From Candidatus Palauibacter sp. (GTDB taxonomy: Bacteria; Gemmatimonadota; Gemmatimonadetes; Palauibacterales; Palauibacteraceae): DNA of 64,000 bases. The notes under the pieces are model-generated. The model did not search any database. It was not told the origin of the DNA and was given only the letters and a program-made list of their open reading frames with translations. Shown in pieces: positions 34,473 through 45,487 of this stretch (its first letter is position 1; every line of letters starts with the position of its first letter). The stretch is from contig NZ_OZ250143.1 of NCBI RefSeq assembly GCF_965237495.1, positions 1,866,130 through 1,930,129 of the forward strand, in the 5' to 3' direction. A program made the translations under genes and the position numbers.

Positions 34473-35949
34473 GGCGCACGCGGTCCCGGTGACCGCGGCG
34501 GAGCCGACGGCGGTCGTTCTCCACGGCCACTTCTACCAGCCGCCGCGCGAAGACCCGTGGACGGGGCGGACCCGCCCCGAACCGACGGCGGCCCCGTTCG
34601 AAAACTGGAACGAGCGCATCACCGCCGAGTGCTACGCGCCCCTTGCCGCGGCGGAAGCGTTCGAGTGGCTGAGCTTCGATCTCGGCCCGACCCTCGCCCG
34701 CTGGCTCGAACGCGAACACCCGCAGGTCCACGACGGTTTCGTGCTGGGGGACCGCGCGAGCCGCGCGCGCCTGGGCCACGGGAACGCCGTCGCCCAGCCC
34801 TATCACCACATCATCCTGCCGCTCGCCAGCCGCCGCGAGAAGGAGACCGAGGTGCGCTGGGGGCTGCGCGACTTCGAGCGGCGCTTCGGGCGGCCCGCAG
34901 AGGGAATGTGGATGCCGGAAACCGCGGTCGACACGGCCACGCTCGAGGTGCTGGCGGCGGAGGACATCGCGTTCACGATCCTGGCCCCGCATCAGGTCGC
35001 GGACCCTCCGGCGGGCGGTGTGGGGCGCGTCCGGCTCGGCGGCGGGCGCGAGATCCCGGTCGTCGTCTACGACGGGGGACTCTCGCACGGCGTGGCGTTC
35101 GGGGCGCTGCTCGAGGGCCGCGACGCCTGGTTCGAGGCGTTGCGCGCGGCGACCGGAGGAGGCGGGGGCCTCGTCGCGCTGGCGACGGACGGCGAGACGT
35201 TCGGCCACCACCACCGGGGTGCGGACCGCAGGCTGATGCGGGTGATCACCCGCGCGCGCGGCAGCCGGGCGCTGCGGCTCGAGAACTTCGCCTCCGCGCT
35301 GGCCCGGGCCGGCGAGCTTCCCGCGGTGACGCTGCGTGAACCCACTTCCTGGAGTTGCGCGCACGGCGTCGAGCGCTGGCGCTCCGACTGCGGCTGCAGG
35401 ATGGCGCCGCACCTCGACTCGCAGCAGCGCTGGCGCGCCCCCCTGCGCGCGGCGCTCGAGCAACTCGCCGCGGGCCTCGATGAGGCGTACGGAGCCCTCG
35501 CCCCCGGACGGTTGTCGGAACCCGAACGAGCCGTAACCGCACTGGGCGATGTCCTGGGCCAGCCGGCGGGACCGGCGGACTTCGCCGGGGATGTCTCCGT
35601 GGCCGGGTCCGAGGAGGAAGCCCTCGCCCTCCTCGAGATGGTCCGGGACCGGGCCGCGATGTTCACGTCGTGCGCGTGGTTCTTCGACGACGTGGCCGGG
35701 ATCGAACCGATCCAGGTCCTCGGCTACGCGGCGCACGCGCTGGACCGCCTCGCCGCGCTCGCCCCGGAACGCGCGGCGTCACTCGAGCGTGCGTTCGTCG
35801 AGGGTCTGGGCTCGGCCCCGGCCAACGATCCCGGGATCGGGACCGCCGCCGGCGTCTATGCCCGCGAGTTCGGCGACGGCTCTCGCGTGTCGGCCGGGAG
35901 CGCGGGGGCCGGCGACAGCCCGACGCGGGCCAGCGCGTCGGGCGAATGA
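34456..35949 (+). CDS. glycoside hydrolase family 57 protein (branching-enzyme-like)
   Basis: HGHFYQPPRE motif; ATG 34456 overlaps the glgA 3' end by 17 nt. Confidence 0.7.
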   Translation: MPPTPEAHAVPVTAAEPTAVVLHGHFYQPPREDPWTGRTRPEPTAAPFENWNERITAECYAPLAAAEAFEWLSFDLGPTLARWLEREHPQVHDGFVLGDRASRARLGHGNAVAQPYHHIILPLASRREKETEVRWGLRDFERRFGRPAEGMWMPETAVDTATLEVLAAEDIAFTILAPHQVADPPAGGVGRVRLGGGREIPVVVYDGGLSHGVAFGALLEGRDAWFEALRAATGGGGGLVALATDGETFGHHHRGADRRLMRVITRARGSRALRLENFASALARAGELPAVTLREPTSWSCAHGVERWRSDCGCRMAPHLDSQQRWRAPLRAALEQLAAGLDEAYGALAPGRLSEPERAVTALGDVLGQPAGPADFAGDVSVAGSEEEALALLEMVRDRAAMFTSCAWFFDDVAGIEPIQVLGYAAHALDRLAALAPERAASLERAFVEGLGSAPANDPGIGTAAGVYAREFGDGSRVSAGSAGAGDSPTRASASGE

Positions 35950-37967
35950 CGCCTCCTCCCCTCCGGTTCGCGTTCGCGATCCATCTCCACCAGCCGGTCG
36001 GCAACTTCGACCCGGTGTTCGAGGATCACCTGGAGGGCGTGTACCGGCCGCTCCTCGATGCGATCCATGAGCGGGGCGCGTATCCGATCACGCTTCACAT
36101 GTCGGGGCCGCTGCTCGACTGGCTCGAGCGCCATGGCCCGGACTTTCTGGACGAAATCGGCGCCCGTGCCGCGGACGGGCGGATCGAACTCCTCACCTCC
36201 GGTCGCTACGAGCCCATCCTCGCGGCGCTCCCGCCTCGCGACCGTCTCGATCAGGTCGAATGGATGCGCGCCGATCTCCGTTCCCGGTTCGGGGTCGAGG
36301 CATGCGGACTCTGGCTGACGGAACGCGTGTGGGAGCCCGACCTCGCCGCCGATCTGTCCCGGGCGGGGATCGAGTACACGCTCCTCGACGACCGGCACTT
36401 CCTCGCCTGCGGGCTGGAGCGGGCGGAGCTGGATCGGGCGTTCACGACGGAGCACGGCGGACGCTCTCTCAAGTTGCTCCCGATCGATGAGGATCTGCGC
36501 TATCTGATCCCGTTCCGGCCCGTGGCGGAAATCGTGGAGTTCTTCGCGGCCCGACGGCGGGACGGCCGCCATCAGCTCGTCCTCGGAGACGACGGGGAGA
36601 AGTTCGGAGGCTGGCCGGGGACCCGCGCGTGGGTATACGACGGCGGCTGGCTGGAAAGGTTCCTGACTGCGCTCGACGACCTGCGGAGCGGGGGCGACCT
36701 GGAACTCATCACGACCCGCGAGGCGGCGGCCGGCCTGAGCGGAGGACTCGTCTATCCGGCGGCCGGATCGTACCGGGAGATGGAGGAGTGGACGCTCCCC
36801 CGCCCCGCCGCCCTGCGTCTGGAGCGGCTCGCGGCCGACACTCCCGGAACGGCCGCTACCGTCGCTGGCGCCGGGAGCCGCCGCGACGAAATGGGTGCAG
36901 GCCCGCTCGTGCACGGCGGTCACTGGAAGGGCTTCCTGCGCAAGTATCCCGAAGCGAACCGCATGCACAAGACGGCGCTGCACCTCTCCCGGCTGTGCCG
37001 CGACCGCGGAGATCCCGGGGAGGCCCGGAGGGCCATCGCGCGTGCGCAGTGCAACGACGCGTATTGGCACGGGGTGTTCGGCGGCGTCTACCTTCCCCAC
37101 CTGAGGCAGGCGATCTGGCGCGAGCTGGCCGCGGCCGAACGGCACCTGCGGGAGGGTGAAGAGATCGCGTGCGAACTTCTCGACTTCGACTTTGATGGCC
37201 ATGACGAGATCTGGATTCACTCATCCCGGAGTTCCGTCGTGATCAGCCCCGCGCGGGGCGGCGCGATCGAGATCCTCACCGTCTTCGGGGACGCCGTGAA
37301 CTACGCCGATGTGCTGTCACGCCGCCTCGAGGCCTACCATCGGGACCCTGACGACCCGGCGCCGGGGTCCGCCGACTTAGCAACGGCCACCGACGGCGAC
37401 GATCCGGTTGGCTCGGAGGAGGCAGCCCAGGCCAGCGGCATCGCCTCGGTCCACGATCGGCATTCGGGGGCACCCCTGCCGCCCACCCCGGACGAGGCGC
37501 CGCTCGCGCTGATGCAGGAGGTCGCGGTGGATGAGGCGGGCCCCGACGGAACCGTGCTGGCGGACTGGCGCCTCCATCCCTTCCGGCTCAGGGGTGCACC
37601 CACCATCGGGGACGGGAAGGTCCGCCTTCGGTTCGTTTCCGAACCCGGGGCGCCACGACTCCAGAAGATGCTCGACATCCACGACGACGGGCGCATCGAC
37701 GCGAACCTCGACTGGAGCGAAGCCGGTCTTCCCGCCGGGGCGGTGGTCGTCACGCGCCTGCCGCTCGCGCATCCGGGACGAGTGGAGGCGACGCCCGCCG
37801 CCGCGGAGTCGAGGGAGCGCATCGTCACGCTGGCCCGGTCCGAGCGCGGGTTCGAACGGATCGACCAGGGAGAGATCGCTCAACTCGCGTGGCCGGCTTC
37901 GGCTGGCGGCGCGCGTGTCCGATTGAGGCCGGGCGGCGGGCCCGGAACGGTCGGAGGTCCGGCATGA
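35946..37967 (+). CDS. glycoside hydrolase family 57 protein (alpha-amylase / 4-alpha-glucanotransferase-like), 674 aa
   Basis: ATG overlapping the upstream stop (ATGA); FAIHLHQPVGNF... Confidence 0.7.
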   Translation: MTPPPLRFAFAIHLHQPVGNFDPVFEDHLEGVYRPLLDAIHERGAYPITLHMSGPLLDWLERHGPDFLDEIGARAADGRIELLTSGRYEPILAALPPRDRLDQVEWMRADLRSRFGVEACGLWLTERVWEPDLAADLSRAGIEYTLLDDRHFLACGLERAELDRAFTTEHGGRSLKLLPIDEDLRYLIPFRPVAEIVEFFAARRRDGRHQLVLGDDGEKFGGWPGTRAWVYDGGWLERFLTALDDLRSGGDLELITTREAAAGLSGGLVYPAAGSYREMEEWTLPRPAALRLERLAADTPGTAATVAGAGSRRDEMGAGPLVHGGHWKGFLRKYPEANRMHKTALHLSRLCRDRGDPGEARRAIARAQCNDAYWHGVFGGVYLPHLRQAIWRELAAAERHLREGEEIACELLDFDFDGHDEIWIHSSRSSVVISPARGGAIEILTVFGDAVNYADVLSRRLEAYHRDPDDPAPGSADLATATDGDDPVGSEEAAQASGIASVHDRHSGAPLPPTPDEAPLALMQEVAVDEAGPDGTVLADWRLHPFRLRGAPTIGDGKVRLRFVSEPGAPRLQKMLDIHDDGRIDANLDWSEAGLPAGAVVVTRLPLAHPGRVEATPAAAESRERIVTLARSERGFERIDQGEIAQLAWPASAGGARVRLRPGGGPGTVGGPA

Positions 37968-39361
37968 GCCGAGGACGATTCGCCATTGGGCGCACGACCG
38001 CGCTCCTCGCCCTGACCGCACTGGCCGGGTGCGGGGACGCCGACACGCTCACGCCGCCGGGGGGCGGATCGGCCACCGTCGTCCTCGTGTCGGGCGGAGA
38101 TCAGCGCGCCATCGGGGGCCGCCCGCCGGCCGAGCCGATCGTCGTCCGGGTGCACGATGCGTCGGGTCGTCCCGCCCCCGGCGTCACCGTCTCCTTCACT
38201 CCCGCCCTCGGGAACGGGAGCTCGGTCCCCATCTCGACCGCATCGGACGGGAACGGCGAGGCGGCGACGACGTGGACCCTGGGGTCCTCCGCCCCCGGCC
38301 GTCAGACGCTGACGGTCTCCGCCGGTGCGTCTTCGGTCACGGTCGGCGCCGAAGCGATCGATCTCGAGGCCGAACTGGACGCGCTGTTCGCGCCGGCCTC
38401 GGCAGCGGAGATCGAGGTCGTGCGCGCCGACTGGGCCGGCCGCGACGTATCGGCGGCCCAGGTGTCCGTCGAACTCACCGAGGAGATGGCGCTGGGCCCC
38501 TCAATGGCCACGCTCCGGATCGTCTCCCACGTCGTGGCCGGCGTACGCCACTTCGGGGCGATCATCGTGCCCGCCGGCGCGGAACCCGAGAGCCTGCCCG
38601 TGCTCATGTACGCCCACGGGGGCGACTCGGGCGTGTCGGTGGACGACCTCCAGTTCGTCGCCCTCTCGCTGGGCGAACTGAGCACCCGCTTCATGTACGT
38701 GGTCCCCTCGTTCCGCAGCGAACCGCTCCGGTACGGGGGCCGCACCTGGGTATCCGAGGGTCCCTCCGGCCACTGGGACCAGGACGTCGACGATGCCCTC
38801 GCCCTCGTGAACGTCGCCTTCGAGTCCACGCCGGAGGCCAAGCCGGGCACGTTCAGCATCCTCGGCGGCAGCCGCGGGGCCGGCGTCGCGCTCCTGGCCG
38901 GGGTCCGCGACCCACGGGTCGACCGCATCGTCGCGTTCTTCGGTCCCACGGATTTCTTCGACGACTGGATCCGGGTGATCGCCTGGAAGACGGCGCTGGA
39001 CGGCCCCTGGGATCTGCCCGGCCTCATCCACCTCGACTCCACCCTGATCAAGCCGTTCGTACGGGGCGGAATCACGATTCCCGAGGCGCGTCTCGGGCTC
39101 GTCCGGCGATCGTCCGTCCTCTTCGCCGCTGACCTCCCGGCGGTGCAACTGCACCACGGGACCGCGGACTTCACGGTTCCCGTGTCCCAGGCCGAGTCCC
39201 TGATCCGGACCATGGAGACGCTCGGGCGCGCCTCGCCCGACTTCGAGGCTTTCATCTACGAGGGGGGCGGGCACGACTTTCTGTCCCTGACCGGCGCCAT
39301 CCCGCGCGCGGTCGAGTTCATCACCCAGACGCTGACCGGCGAAGGAGCCACCAGGAGATGA
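37964..39361 (+). CDS. lipoprotein with N-terminal Ig-like domain and C-terminal alpha/beta-hydrolase (S9/dienelactone-hydrolase-like) domain
   Basis: ATG overlapping the upstream stop; lipobox LTALAGCGD; GGSRGAG nucleophile motif; HHGTADFTVP. Confidence 0.6.
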   Translation: MSRGRFAIGRTTALLALTALAGCGDADTLTPPGGGSATVVLVSGGDQRAIGGRPPAEPIVVRVHDASGRPAPGVTVSFTPALGNGSSVPISTASDGNGEAATTWTLGSSAPGRQTLTVSAGASSVTVGAEAIDLEAELDALFAPASAAEIEVVRADWAGRDVSAAQVSVELTEEMALGPSMATLRIVSHVVAGVRHFGAIIVPAGAEPESLPVLMYAHGGDSGVSVDDLQFVALSLGELSTRFMYVVPSFRSEPLRYGGRTWVSEGPSGHWDQDVDDALALVNVAFESTPEAKPGTFSILGGSRGAGVALLAGVRDPRVDRIVAFFGPTDFFDDWIRVIAWKTALDGPWDLPGLIHLDSTLIKPFVRGGITIPEARLGLVRRSSVLFAADLPAVQLHHGTADFTVPVSQAESLIRTMETLGRASPDFEAFIYEGGGHDFLSLTGAIPRAVEFITQTLTGEGATRR

Positions 39362-39855
39362 AGCGGAAGATCACGCAGACGATCGAGATCCTCGAAGCCG
39401 CCCGGCGGCCGCTGTTCACGGTCCTCGACGGAATCTCCCGCGAGGACCTCGACTGGCAGCCCGCCGACGGGATGCGCGGGATCGGCAAGATCTGCCGCCA
39501 CATGTACCGGGTCGACATCTGGTTCCTGAAGCGGCTCGGCATCGTCCCCGTGACTCAGGAGGACGCCCCGGGGCCGGCCGAGGAGATCGCCGCCCGCATG
39601 CGCACGATCCAGGAGCAGATCATCGTCGAACTGCAAGCTCTGGATGACGACGCCGACCTGTTCACCGAGCGCACGTCGCTCGACGGCGACGCGACGTCAC
39701 GCATGGGCGACACCGTGATCCACATCGCCCAGCACTACCTGTACCACCTCGCCCAGATCACCTACCTGCGCCGCATCCGCGACCGCGACTGGACGGCGCC
39801 CCTGGACGAGTGGGAGACCGCGACCTACCTCATCGGCGATCGGATTCTGGAGTAG
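39358..39855 (+). CDS. DinB/YfiT-like (DinB_2) family protein
   Basis: ATG overlapping the upstream stop; 165 aa; four-helix His-rich pattern (HMYRVDIWFLKRLG...HIAQHYLYHLAQITYL). Confidence 0.55.
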   Translation: MKRKITQTIEILEAARRPLFTVLDGISREDLDWQPADGMRGIGKICRHMYRVDIWFLKRLGIVPVTQEDAPGPAEEIAARMRTIQEQIIVELQALDDDADLFTERTSLDGDATSRMGDTVIHIAQHYLYHLAQITYLRRIRDRDWTAPLDEWETATYLIGDRILE

Positions 39856-40774
39856 CCCCGTACTTCTCGAAGAAGGCGTCGGTCCCCGCCGGGAGGAGCA
39901 GTTTGTCCGCGATCGCGGCGATCTCCTCCGCCTCGCGCCACGCCTGCTCCAGCACCCATAGGTCGCCTTCGAGCGCGCGCCGTTCCTGCTCCTCGTGAAG
40001 CGCCATCTCCAGCGCGAGTCGCGTCGGCTTGCGCATGTTCGTGACGAGGCCCGGGGGACTCTCCCGGTCGACATCCGGGTTGCCTCTCACGGCTTGGGCG
40101 ACGTAGCGGCTCGGGTGACCCTGCGCCTCGATTTCGGCCACGGCGGCCTGGACGGTTCTCCGCATGCCGCCAGACGCGTTGAGCACCGGCAACACCGCGG
40201 CCGCGACCCGGTGCGCGTCCTCGCCGGCGAACGACGCGGTCCGGGTGCGCTCGATCCCCTCGAACCCCTGCCGGATATCGACCGTGAACCCGGGTTCGTG
40301 TTCGGCGGGGAGCATCCGGATCGAGCGAATGTTCGTGTGCTTGAACTTGACGACCGTCCCCGGTTCGACCGGCGCCCGGCAGATTCATGAACACCAAATT
40401 GGTGGCGAAACCACCCGCAAGGGTGAACCCCACGTTCCGCATCCTGCGCAGGAACTGGTCGCCGTAGCGCCACGCCGCAAACTCTCCGCGCGGCGGCTTC
40501 CCGGTGCGGACGAGTTCGAGACCCTCGCCGTGGCGGGCAAGCCCGATGTTGTCGGTGGAAGCGCGCAGGGGCGTGGCGCGGAACAGCCATTCGCACGTTT
40601 CCACCGCCTCCCAGCACTCGTCCAGCGGCGTGAGATTCCACCGCAGGCACTTCCGACACACGACCCGCAGCCGGCCTTTCGCCGCGTCGAAGGCGAGCCT
40701 GGTCCCACGGGGAAGGTCTCGACGACCTCGTTGGACCCCAGCGGCTTCTTGCAGAACATGCACGTCTGGTACAC
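39830..40774 (-). pseudogene. conserved zinc-ribbon (CxxC..CxxC) protein gene interrupted by two frameshifts
   Basis: N-terminus MYQTCMFCKKPLGSNEVVETFPVG (frame a); continuation RLAFDAAKGRLRVVCRKCLRWNLTPLDECWEAVETCEWLF...AWRYGDQF...NLPGAG (frame b, shift ~40700); C-terminal part TVVKFKHTNIRSIRMLPAEHEPGFTVD...ALHEEQERRALEGDL (frame c, shift ~40340). Confidence 0.5.
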
Positions 40775-40931
40775 GGCCCCTCCGGGTGATTCGCGCCCAT
40801 GTCAACGTGTGGTGCAGCGGCCCGGGCACCACGAGAACGCGGGCTGACGAGGACCACCGGACCACACCTTAAATTCTTGCGTGAGAGGCACAAATAACCC
40901 ATCAGCTGGGCTATAATAGCCCACGCCATGG

Positions 40932-41657
40932 GTGATATGCCCTAGTGGCGGATACCCGTTTCCGGCGCTGAACCTCGCCTCCGAAGCGGACCGTGCCGCC
41001 TGGTTCGAAGCCTACCTGCGCACCTACCTCGAACGCGATCTGCGGCAACTGGCGGCAATCGAGAACCTCACGCGATTTCAGCGGCTCGTGCGCGCGACCG
41101 CCCTTCGCCTCGGCGGCCTCTCGAACCAGGCCAATCTGGCGAGAGATGCCGGGATTCCCTCGACGACGGCGCAACGATACCTCGACCTTCTGGAGGTCTC
41201 GTATCAGCTGCTGAGGATCGAGTCCTACGCCGTCAATCGGGACAAGCGACTCGTGAAGCAGCCGAGACTGTACTGGAGCGATCCCGGACTCGCGCTACAC
41301 CTGGCGGGCGGCATCGAGCCGACGGGGGCGCATCTGGAGAATCTCATCGCGGGCGATCTCTTCGCGTGGCGGGAGAGTCGGACGCACCGACCCAACATCC
41401 TGTTCTGGCGGACCAGCAAGGGCGCCGAAGTGGACTTCGTCATCGAGACGCCGCGCGCACTGATTCCGGTGGAGGTGAAGAGCCGCCAGCAGCTCCGCGT
41501 AGCGGATGCCCGCCACCTGGCTACCTTCATGCGAGACTATGGCGACGCGGTTCCCGCGGGGGTCATCATCCACGGCGGCCGCCGACACGTACTGGCTCAC
41601 GGAGCGCGTACTGGCGGTCCCGTGGAACCGGGCAATTTGAGCGGGCAATCCGACTGA
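40932..41657 (+). pseudogene. 5'-truncated remnant of an AAA+ ATPase gene (AAA_14 + DUF4143 family); only the DUF4143 half is present
   Basis: EAYLRTYLERDLRQLAAIENLTRFQRLV...WRTSKGAEVDFVIETPRALIPVEVKS matches the C-terminal DUF4143 region; no Walker-A N-terminal domain; preceded by an atypically AT-rich stretch with palindrome TGGGCTATAATAGCCCA. Confidence 0.55.
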
Positions 41658-41671
41658 CGGAGAGTGCCGGA

Positions 41672-42574
41672 ATGACGGTCATACCGCAGAGACCGCTGGG
41701 GTTCGGTGAGATCCTCGACGGCGCCATCCAGTTCTACCGGCGCGACTTCGGCCTCTACTTCCTCATCGCCCTCGTGGGCGCGCTTCCCGCATACGCGATG
41801 CTGCTCGCCCTCGGGACGCCCAGCACCGGCATCGACGCGGCCGGGAATCCGGACTTCGGGGGCGTCGGATTCGACGGACTCATCGTGCTCCTCGCGATGA
41901 TCGTCTCGTGGGTCGGGACGGTCGCCGTGGCCGTCGCGATGCGCGCCCGCCTGGAGGACGGCCGGGCATCCCTCGAGAGCGCCTACCGCGGCGTCCTCCG
42001 CCCCTTCCCAAGCACGCTCGGAGCGCACCTGTTGGCCATCCTGCTCGTGGGCATCGCCGGCTTTGTTCTCATGCTATTGGGAATGATGCTCGCGGTGGCG
42101 GTGGCGGCGGCCGGAAGCCTCGTGCTTGCGCTCGTGGTCTTCGTGCCGATGGGCCTCGCCGCTGCCCTCCTGGTGTTCGCACTGTGGTTCTCGATCACGT
42201 TCGCGATCCTGCCGGCCGTCCTGCTCGATGGGCGGTCCGCGTCGGCCTCCCTTCGCCGCTCGTTTCAGCTCGCCCGCGGGGCGCGGCTCCGGGTCCTCGG
42301 TATCATGCTCGTGGTAGTCATCATCCAGAACGCGGTTTCGGTCGGCCTCTTCGCGTTCTCGGGAGGCTTCGAGATGTTCACGTCGCCCGAGACGGTCGGC
42401 ACCGTGGGCGGCGGCTGGATCGCCGTGCAGAACACCGTTGAGCTGCTGATCGGAGCCCTCACCACGCCGTTCGGGGTGGCGACCGTCTTCTTCCTCCACC
42501 ACGACCGGAGGGTACGCCTGGAGGCGTCGGATCTCGAGACGACCGCGGCCGCGATGGCGACGGACGGGCCTTGA
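41672..42574 (+). CDS. polytopic membrane protein (GPDPase_memb / DUF975-like N-terminus)
   Basis: MTVIPQRPLGFGEILDGAIQFYRRDFGLYFLIALVG...; multiple TM helices. Confidence 0.5.
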   Translation: MTVIPQRPLGFGEILDGAIQFYRRDFGLYFLIALVGALPAYAMLLALGTPSTGIDAAGNPDFGGVGFDGLIVLLAMIVSWVGTVAVAVAMRARLEDGRASLESAYRGVLRPFPSTLGAHLLAILLVGIAGFVLMLLGMMLAVAVAAAGSLVLALVVFVPMGLAAALLVFALWFSITFAILPAVLLDGRSASASLRRSFQLARGARLRVLGIMLVVVIIQNAVSVGLFAFSGGFEMFTSPETVGTVGGGWIAVQNTVELLIGALTTPFGVATVFFLHHDRRVRLEASDLETTAAAMATDGP

Positions 42575-43284
42575 TCCGATTCCCGTGGCCGGCCTCGCCG
42601 CGCGGGGGGCAGGAACCTCCGGCCGACCCGCTCCCCTCGCCGGACGAGATGTCCGCCGTTCTGCGCGAGATCCTCGCCGAGCCGGACTTCGTGACGGCGG
42701 CCCTGCCGCTGCGGCAGCGGATCATGCAGTGGATCGGCGAGGCGATCAGCGACGCCTGGGAATGGTTGCGCCAGCTCCTGTTCGACGAGGGCACCGGGCT
42801 CATGACGGTCCTCGCGATCCTGATCCCGCTGGCCGCCCTCGTGGCCCTGGGCGTCGTGGCGTTCCGGCACGTTCCGGGGTGGGTCGGTGGAGGCTCCGGC
42901 GAGAGCGATGATGGAGCCGGATCCGGCCGCACGCCCCGGTCCGCGGGGGAGTGGCTGCGCCTCGCTCGCGCGAGGGCCGGAGAGGGAGACTTCCGGCCCG
43001 CCGCGAGCGCCCTCTACCGGGGCTTCCTCCTCACGCTGGACCAGCGGGGGGCGCTGGCGTTCCACCCCTCCAAGACGCCCGGTGACTACGCCCTGGAGAT
43101 CGATCCGCAGCGGCGTGAGGCCGCTCCCGACGCCGGAGCCGGAGAGAGATTCCTCCGCTCCTTCCAGCGTCTCTCCTTCGGCCAGGAGGCGCCGACTCCC
43201 GGGGGGTACGCGGATCTGGAGGCGCTGGCCCGGAACGCGGGATGCCGGGGTCCGGACGAACCTTCGGAGTCCGACGCACCGTGA
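42571..43284 (+). CDS. DUF4129 domain protein
   Basis: TTG start overlapping the upstream stop; one TM helix then FHPSKTPGDY region; MoxR-operon context. Confidence 0.5.
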   Translation: MIRFPWPASPRGGQEPPADPLPSPDEMSAVLREILAEPDFVTAALPLRQRIMQWIGEAISDAWEWLRQLLFDEGTGLMTVLAILIPLAALVALGVVAFRHVPGWVGGGSGESDDGAGSGRTPRSAGEWLRLARARAGEGDFRPAASALYRGFLLTLDQRGALAFHPSKTPGDYALEIDPQRREAAPDAGAGERFLRSFQRLSFGQEAPTPGGYADLEALARNAGCRGPDEPSESDAP

Positions 43285-44543
43285 ACAGAGCGAGAAGCAG
43301 GACCATAATCTTGGTCACCGCGATCGCGCTCGTCGCCGGGCTCGCCGCGTTCTTCACCCGTCCCGAAGGACGCGCCGCGACGGACGTCAAGCGCAGCTTC
43401 TTCCGGACGACGCCGGACGGGGTGGCGGCACTCGCACGCGGCATCGCCCGCCTGGGACGGCCCACGGCGCCGCGCATCACGCCGCTCGCGGACGCGGAAC
43501 CGGTGCCGGGGGCGATCGTCCTCCTCTCGCCGCAGGTCGTGCCCAGTCCCGCCGAGGTACACGCACTCCTCGAGCGGGTGCGGGCGGGGGGCACGCTCGT
43601 GTATGCACCTCTCCTCGTGCCGACCGTTTTCGGCACGCTGAGGGTGACCCCGCTCATGGACTCGCTGGGCATCGCCTTTCGTCTGCCCCAGGAGGGCGAC
43701 ATCGAGGATCCGCAGTGGGCACCTCACGCCCTCACGGAAGGATTGCCTGCACCGGACCCGCCGCGCCGCGTCCTCCATCGGCTGACGGAGCGCGGACTCG
43801 TGGCGCGCCGTGACGCCGAGCGAGGCGACATCCAGGTCGTGGAGGACACGTCGGAAGCGTCGGGTCCCCCGCTCGAAGATCTCCTGACGACGGGGCCGAG
43901 CGAAGACCGGCGGTGGATCGGGGCCGGCCTCATGCCGCTCGGCGACGGACGCGTCCTCGTCCTGAGCGACGCCCAGTCGCTCTCGAACGCGAGCGCGGCG
44001 GAGAACCCGCTGGCGCCCCTCGTCATCCGCGCCCTGCTGGCGCATACGACCCCGGCCGACACGGTGTTCTTCGATGAGTTCCATCAGGGGATCCGGGGCT
44101 ACGACAGCACCGCGCGGCGCTGGGCCGGCTTCGTCCTCGGCACCCCGCGGGGGCGGACGCTGCTCCACGTGCTCGCCGCCGCCTTCCTGGCCCTCGTGTG
44201 CACGGGGCTTCGTTTCGGGTCGCCGATGACATCGGTGGCCCCTCAGGACCGGGAGCGGCGGTCGCCGCTCGAACACGTCTCCGCCCTCGGGGACCTGTAC
44301 GAGAAGGCGGGCGCCGCCCGCGCGGCCGCTCTCCTCCTGTCGGCGCGCCTGGCCCGCACCGTGCGCCGGCCGCCCCCGCGCGACCTGTCCGAGGCCGAGG
44401 CGCTGGTCCGGGAATTGGAAGCCCGGCGCGGAGCGCACCCCTCGCTGGCGCGCATTCGGCGCGGCTTGCGCGCCGATCCGGCGGACCTGACCATGATCGC
44501 CGCCGGAATCGACGACCACCTCGCGAAGAGACCCACGCCATGA
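43281..44543 (+). CDS. DUF4350 domain protein
   Basis: GTG overlapping the upstream stop (GTGA); N-terminal TM helix; MoxR-operon context. Confidence 0.5.
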   Translation: MNRARSRTIILVTAIALVAGLAAFFTRPEGRAATDVKRSFFRTTPDGVAALARGIARLGRPTAPRITPLADAEPVPGAIVLLSPQVVPSPAEVHALLERVRAGGTLVYAPLLVPTVFGTLRVTPLMDSLGIAFRLPQEGDIEDPQWAPHALTEGLPAPDPPRRVLHRLTERGLVARRDAERGDIQVVEDTSEASGPPLEDLLTTGPSEDRRWIGAGLMPLGDGRVLVLSDAQSLSNASAAENPLAPLVIRALLAHTTPADTVFFDEFHQGIRGYDSTARRWAGFVLGTPRGRTLLHVLAAAFLALVCTGLRFGSPMTSVAPQDRERRSPLEHVSALGDLYEKAGAARAAALLLSARLARTVRRPPPRDLSEAEALVRELEARRGAHPSLARIRRGLRADPADLTMIAAGIDDHLAKRPTP

Positions 44544-45487
44544 CGACGCCCGACGCGGCGCTACGCCTGCTCGGCGACATCGAGCAGGTCATCCTCGGCC
44601 AGCAGGTCGTACTCAGACAGCTCATGATCACGCTCCTGGCCCGGGGCCACGCGCTCCTCGAGGGCGTGCCGGGAACGGCCAAGACGCTCTCCGTGCGGGC
44701 GCTGGCCAGGGGACTGGGGCTCGACTTCGGTCGCGTCCAGTTCACCCCCGATCTCATGCCCACCGATCTCGTCGGCGTGAGTGTCCTCGACGAGGCGCGC
44801 GGCAACTTCCGCTACCGCCCCGGGCCCGTGTTCACCGACCTCCTCCTGGCCGACGAGATCAACCGGGCGCCGCCCAAGACGCAGGCGGCGCTGCTCGAGG
44901 CGATGGAGGAGCGGCAGGTCACGGTGGACGGCACGACGCGCCCGCTCCCCTCGCCGTTCACGGTGTTCGCGACCCAGAACCCGGTGGAATACGAGGGGAC
45001 CTACCCCCTCCCCGAGGCGCAGGTCGACCGCTTCCTGATGAAGATCGTCATCGACTACCCGCCGGAAGAGGCGGAGCGCGCGATCCTCGACCGGCACGAG
45101 GCGGGCTTCCGGGCGGACGACGAGTCGACCTATCCCATGGGCGAGCCGCTCACGCGCGACGCGCTGCTGGCGGCGCGCGACGCGGTGAACCGGGTTCACA
45201 TGGACGAGCGGATCCGGCGCTACGTGACCGACATCGTGCGCTCGACGCGGGAGGACGCGGCCTTCGCCCTCGGCGCGAGCCCCCGGGCCGGCGTCGCCCT
45301 CTTCCAGGCCGCCCGGGCCGAGGCCTACCTGTGCGGCCGGGACTTCGTCACCCCGGACGACGTGAAGTCGCTCTCCTTCCCCGTGCTCCGGCACCGCGTC
45401 GTGCTGACGGCGGAGGCGGAGGTCGAGGGCCGTTCCTCGGACGACGAACTGCGGGCCCTCCTCGAGAAGCTCGAGGCGCCCCGATAG
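44540..45487 (+). CDS. MoxR-family AAA+ ATPase
   Basis: GVPGTAKT Walker A; [28 protein letters not shown]; 315 aa. Confidence 0.9.
   Translation: MTTPDAALRLLGDIEQVILGQQVVLRQLMITLLARGHALLEGVPGTAKTLSVRALARGLGLDFGRVQFTPDLMPTDLVGVSVLDEARGNFRYRPGPVFTDLLLADEINRAPPKTQAALLEAMEERQVTVDGTTRPLPSPFTVFATQNPVEYEGTYPLPEAQVDRFLMKIVIDYPPEEAERAILDRHEAGFRADDESTYPMGEPLTRDALLAARDAVNRVHMDERIRRYVTDIVRSTREDAAFALGASPRAGVALFQAARAEAYLCGRDFVTPDDVKSLSFPVLRHRVVLTAEAEVEGRSSDDELRALLEKLEAPR

Noticed and set aside
40911-41174. 87-aa minus-strand ORF across the DUF4143 remnant start
   Set aside because: Antisense to a region with clear DUF4143 homology; no supporting features
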